Positions 58,412 to 64,000 of a DNA stretch of 64,000 nt are shown here, one piece after another. A program made the position numbers and the translations under genes. Below the pieces are notes generated by a model. The model was given only the letters and a program-made list of their open reading frames with translations. It made no database searches and was not told the origin of the DNA. Source of the DNA: Balanoglossus misakiensis. Taxonomy: Eukaryota > Animalia > Hemichordata. The stretch spans positions 8,623,403-8,687,402 of the forward strand of contig CM082587.2 in assembly GCA_040954595.2 (NCBI GenBank). The letters are read 5' to 3'. The first letter of the stretch is position 1, and each line of letters begins with the position of its first letter.

Positions 58412-59930
58412 CCATTCCTTATCGACAGGCACAGCGACTGCCATAGAGTCTAGGCTCCACCAGTCGCGATGATGGGTTTGAAAATGAATGAACGGGTGCA
58501 TTTTAATGCTCTCAGCAGCCTGGTCCACAATCCATTGTTTTCTTTGGTAAAGTTGGACTTCCAGCAAGTGGTGTGTGTGGTCGAACGTTGATTCACTATA
58601 TATCCACATGTAGAATAAATGGTGTCTTGTATCAAACATAATTAATGGAAAAAGGGCTGTGAGGTAGAGACTTTGTCCATTTAAGTAATCATTTGTTTCA
58701 TAAGCACCATGGCTGATAGCTCTAAAATTTTATATGGATGTACGTACAAATAATGATTTTCTCAAAAATGTCTTTTTTAATATTTTTATTATCACACAAA
58801 ACGAAAACTCTACAGAGTACATGTACAACAGAAACAAGAAAACCTTAAACAGTATAAATCTAGATTCCACTCAACTTTTTCTGGAATCTTCTACAGACTG
58901 TTCTAAGGTTATTCAAATTATCCACTGCTTTACTCTCAATTAAATACTTATATTTTAGAATCAACAGGAACACATTCAAAGTTGGTAAACTTTATACATA
59001 TGTATGCTGTGATGAAGTTTCTTATTCGTTTTGTTTCGTGGCCAGGTGTACCTATGTTAATTTCTTTATTTAACATATTAGCGTGACCAGGTGTTAGTTT
59101 TAGTCGTATAAGAACCATCCAGTGCCACGTTGTCGGGTGGCTCATTTTGATTCTGGTCTGGTAGCTATGCCGTCGCCTTGTCGAGGAGTGTTGGAGCCCA
59201 TCGTACGGAGTGCCTGTCTACTGTGGTAGCTGATGATTGACACTGCCGAAGGGACTTGTGAAGTCGTGGTGGATGTTTTTGAGGACGCCGCGTGGAATTT
59301 GGGAGCCGTCCTGAGGGAGCGCATCTCCGTGTCACTGCATTTGAGGTAATACGTGGCTGTCTTTAATTGTACACTGGCGTAAAACGGACAGAAAGGCCAG
59401 GATTGTTGTGCGTCGAGTGAAACGCCAGTATCGTCGTGCGTCGAGACGCCGAACTGTTTGTGAGACTTTGAACTTGTTAGGAATTTTGTTTTGGTCACCT
59501 GGTCACGCTCGAGTTTACTTTGTAGTTTATTGTAAATTTTATTTAACATATTGTGAATATTACTCGTATCTGCAATTAAATTAACACTGTAAATATACTG
59601 GTTTGTTGTACGTGTGCTGTCTTTGACCATTTCTTCTGCTGCGGCCTGTTGGTCGGTTCGGGTGTAAAACAAGCCACCCGGTCACAGGTAAATTGGCCTC
59701 TCTATCATCCGCATATTTTTGGCTCGGACGGCCTGCGGGTCGTAACAATGCACTGAAGTATTTTTCATTGCAAATTTTCCTTAAAATTGCAGGAATTTTT
59801 CAACTGTACTGATAGTTCTTATATCTTTTCGATATTATACTATCAGACGATATCATTAATAGACAGAAGAAAAACAAAACCAAGAGTCTTTAAAGCTTAA
59901 ACTGTATTATCAAGTTGCAGCTCATGGGGC

Positions 59931-60838
59931 TTTAAACTCTATAACTGTTACATTTAAACTCTGAAACTGTTAAACTCTAAAACTATTACTTTTAAACTCT
60001 ATAACTTATAAACTCTATAACTGTTACATTATTTAAACTCTGAAACTGTTAAACTCTAAAACTATTACTTTTAAACTCTATAACTTATAAACTCTATAAC
60101 TGTTACATTATTTAAACTCTGAAACTGTTAAACTCTAAAACTATTACTTTTAAACTCTATAACTTATAAACTCTATAACTGTTACATTATTTAAACTCTG
60201 AAACTGTTAAACTCTAAAACTATTACTTTTAAACTCTATAACTTATAAACTCTATAACTGTTACATTTAAACTCTGAAACTGTTAAACTCTAAAACTATT
60301 ACTTTTAAACTCTATAACTTATAAACTCTATAACTGTTACATTATTTAAACTCTGAAACTGTTAAACTCTAAAACTATTACTTTTAAACTCTATAACTTA
60401 TAAACTCTATAACTGTTACATTTAAACTCTGAAACTGTTAAACTCTAAAACTATTACTTTTAAACTCTATAACTTATAAACTCTATAACTGTTACATTTA
60501 AACTCTGAAACTGTTAAACTCTAAAACTATTACTTTTAAACTCTATAACTTATAAACTCTATAACTGTTACATTTAAACTCTGAAACTGTTAAACTCTAA
60601 AACTATTACTTTTAAACTCTATAACTTATAAACTCTATAACTGTTACATTTAAACTCTGAAACTGTTAAACTCTAAAACTATTACTTTTAAACTCTATAA
60701 CTTATAAACTCTATAACTGTTACATTTAAACTCTGAAACTGTTAAACTCTAAAACTATTACTTTTAAACTCTATAACTTATAAACTCTATAACTATTACA
60801 TTTAAACTCTGAAACTGTTACATATTAACTGTATAACT
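59931..60838. repeat. Satellite, 76/79-bp unit, about 12 copies, built from four AAACTCT sub-repeats
   Basis: Period measured as 76 bp (60421 to 60497); some units carry an extra TTA. Confidence 0.95.
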
Positions 60839-60888
60839 GTTCGTAGTGAACTTGTCAAAATTCGTGTACTCCAACATGCTGTTTATTA

Positions 60889-63884
60889 TCATGTGGCGAC
60901 GGGGTACTGCTCATTGTTCTTTCGTCTCGTCATTCTTGAAATCACCAAGGCAATAAATGTAAACATCTCGCAAACTGTTACGAGTGAGATGCCGACGTAC
61001 AGGCCCATGGTCCCACCAATGTCACTGAGGAGGTCCTCCCACTGTACATGAAAGAATAAAATTGTGAGATTAGTTTAGTAGATTAAATTGTCAGGAAATG
61101 TAATGAGGTTAATCCACTCATTCATTCGTTCGTTCGTTCGTTCATTCATTCATTCATTCGTTCGTTCATCCATCCATCCATCCATCCATCCATTCATCCA
61201 TCCATCCATCCATCCATCCAATTCATTCATTCTATATCATTCACTCACTCATCAATTCATTCGTTCATCTAACCATCAATCCTTCCAAGGCATTCCATCA
61301 CTCACTCACTCACTCGCTCGCTCGCTCGCTCGCTCACTCACTCACTCACTCACTCACTCACTCACTCACTCACTCACTCACTCACTCACTCACTCACTCA
61401 CTCACTCACTCACTCACTCACTCATCACTCACTCACTCACTCACTCACTCACTCACTCACTCACTCACTCACTCACTCACTCACTCACTCACTCACTCGC
61501 TCACTCACTCACTCACTCACTCACTCACCTACTCACTAACTCACTCACTCACTCACTCACTCACTCACTCATCCACTCACTAACTCACCTACTCACTCGC
61601 TCACTCACCTGCTCACTCGCTCACTCACTCACCTACTCACTAACTCACTCACTCATCACTCACTCACTCACTCACTCACTCACTCACTCACTCACTCACT
61701 CACTCACTCACTCACTCACTCACTCACTCACTCACTCACTCGCTCACTCACTCACTCACTCACTCACTCACCTACTCACTAACTCACTCACTCACTCACT
61801 CACTCACTCACTCACTCACTCACTCACTCACTCACCTACTCACTAACTCACTCACTCACTCACTCACTCACTCACTCACTCACCTACTCACTAACTCACT
61901 CACTCACTCACTCACTCACTCGCTCACTCACTCACCTACTCACTAACTCACTCACTCACTCACTCACCCACTCACTCACTCACTCACCTACTCACTAACT
62001 CACTCACTCACTCACTCACTCACTCGCTCACTCACTCACCTACTCACTAACTCACTCACTCACTCACTCACTCACTCACTCACTCACTCACCTACTCACT
62101 AACTCACTCACTCACTCACTCACTCACTCACTCACTCACTCACCTACTCACTAACTCACTCACTCACTCACTCACTCACTCGCTCACTCACTCACCTACT
62201 CACTAACTCACTCACTCATCACTCACTCACTCACTCACTCACTCACTCACTCACTCACTCACTCACTCACTCACTCACTCACTCACTCACTCGCTCACTC
62301 GCTCACTCACTCACTCACTCACTCACTCACCTACTCACTAACTCACTCACTCACTCACTCACTCACTCACTCACTCACTCACTCACTCACTCACTCACTC
62401 ACTCACTCACTCGCTCACTCACTCACTCACTCACCTACTCACTAACTCACTCACTCACTCACTCACTCACTCACTCACTCACTCACTCACTCACTCACTC
62501 ACTCACTCACTAACTCACTCACTCACTCACTCACTCACTCACTCACTCGCTCACTCACCTGCTCACTCGCTCACTCACTCACCTACTCACTAACTCACTC
62601 ACTCATCACTCACTCACTCACTCACTCACTCACTCACTCACTCGCTCTTTGATTGGCTATATTTGAATTTTCCATGATAACAGTTGGTTAACAAAATGTG
62701 AAGGTGACCATGTACGGTTAAATCAGAGTTGGTTGATTGAGATGATGATTGAAAGATTATCGGTTTCATGGAATCTCAACAAATGAATCAATGAGCAGCA
62801 AAAGGCTGAATGATAATCTCACTGTGTAGCTCGGATTTTCTGAAGTCTCCTCATAGTTCAGGGTTTCGAAATAAACTTCAACTCTGACCAAATTCGATCT
62901 GCAACAGAAAATAGACAAGTTATTCAATGCAGCACCACCATCGACAGTCTGTGAGGCCTGGTGGCAGTGATAGGATAATTCAGAAACTATCACTCTGCCT
63001 TGAATAATTCATCACAAACCGGTTTTGCTGGTTTATACTAAAACGATTTTTTTTCTGGTCAGGCAGTACAACATGCTAGAGAAATTTAAAATAGTACCCC
63101 GGTACCATTTAAACCCTTTCAGCACCATGGTTCAGTCCAAACCCATTATTTTCTATGGTAAGGTTGAACCTCAAAACAGGGAACTCTGGGTGAAAGGGTT
63201 AATTATAACCCAAGAAGGTATAAATGCGGAACAGAAATCGTACCTGACATCATCGTGGGTATGTAACATCTGGGTCTTCGCGTTTTTCGTCTTCAAAAGT
63301 TTCAGAAGTTTCTTCTGTGGCATATAAAGTAGGTAAACACTTCAAACATGGGAACAAATATTTCTATAATTGTAACTCATTGCTAGCATTTTCGACATCC
63401 ATAGTGAGAATAAATATCCAATTTCTTTGATAGGATAGTTTCTTATGGTACTCCTGAACATCTGTCAAACAATAAGTACAAGCAAACAATGAAATATTGA
63501 AATTATTATAATTATATCCTTATGTGTTGTGTTTGTAGAATCTGGAGATGTAAGAGAAATATTTACCAGATAGGCGTCAGATGGCCATTGTGATTGTGAT
63601 ATCGTTATTGAATATCGATCCTCCCTGAAAAAAATTGCATAAAACCTGAAATTACTTGTACCAGCATAGATTAAATGCATCAAAAACACACCCAACTTTT
63701 TGCATGTTTACCTACCCATTTCCCACCCGAAACCCACCTCTTAGAAAAAAGAGATGGGTTTGAAGTGGCTGTCTCACACACCTCAAACATATCTCGTATT
63801 TATTACTTTACCTGCACTGAGCGGGGCAGTTGCATGGCAACGCCGAAGACTGGAAAAAATAGTACATCAACTGACGGCAAAGAT
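60889..63884 (-). CDS. DEG/ENaC/ASIC-family ion channel, last five exons (5' part lies beyond the window)
   Basis: Exons 63884-63812 (LCRQL..CNCPAQC), 63624-63567 (YSITISQSQWPS), 63314-63244, 62898-62823 (NLVRVEVYFETLNYE) and 61041-60889 (LLSDIGGTMGLYVGISLVTVCE, TM2 with G-x-S filter, then TGA followed by AATAAA). All in phase. Confidence 0.92.
61115..62645. repeat. Compound tetranucleotide microsatellite (TTCA/TTCG/TCCA, then about 1.3 kb of CTCA) in the last intron of the DEG/ENaC gene
   Basis: Directly visible, with recurring variants CCTA-CTCA-CTAA and CTCG. Confidence 0.98.
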
Positions 63885-64000
63885 CTGCAAGAAATCACAC
63901 AAAAGAATGAACACTGAAAGAATTCTTGTTTAAAACTAAAATCATGTCAAAGTACATTTTCTACAAATTGAGTAGCTAAGTCTCACAAGATCTCACATTG

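Noticed and set aside
59931-60838. Regular repeat array resembling CRISPR
   Set aside because: The units are tandem and near-identical with no unique spacers, the context is eukaryotic, and there are no cas genes.
61088-61846. 252-aa ORF of THSL repeats
   Set aside because: It is the translation of a (CTCA)n microsatellite, antisense within a channel-gene intron.

Overview
This is AT-rich, intron-containing animal DNA, probably from an invertebrate; the species cannot be determined from the sequence. It is not prokaryotic, so most of the six-frame ORF track is exon fragments or noise. Splicing by hand at GT-AG sites gives phase-consistent gene models: Roquin/RC3H (+, 5529-21191, with two alternative last exons), QTRT2 (-, 25239-30867) head-to-head with CRYZ/zeta-crystallin (+, 32228-36265), three tandem two-exon short-prodomain caspases (-, 41302-53824), and the 3' part of a DEG/ENaC-family channel (-, 60889 to the window end). 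Between the caspases lies a decayed Rex1/Babar-type LINE. It appears to supply the stop codon of the third caspase and is itself split by a THAP-bearing DNA transposon containing a 192-bp-arm palindrome. Many MITE families (TTAA, TTA and TA target types), a piggyBac transposase fragment and satellites fill the introns and intergenic DNA. The most notable observations are the diversified caspase triad (one copy has QACGG and lacks a conserved S1-pocket Arg), the LINE-donated caspase C-terminus, two MIU-like ubiquitin-binding helices and alternative tails in Roquin, and CRYZ paired with a tRNA-modification gene as in vertebrates but with a different partner. No database searches were run; coordinates are hand-read.
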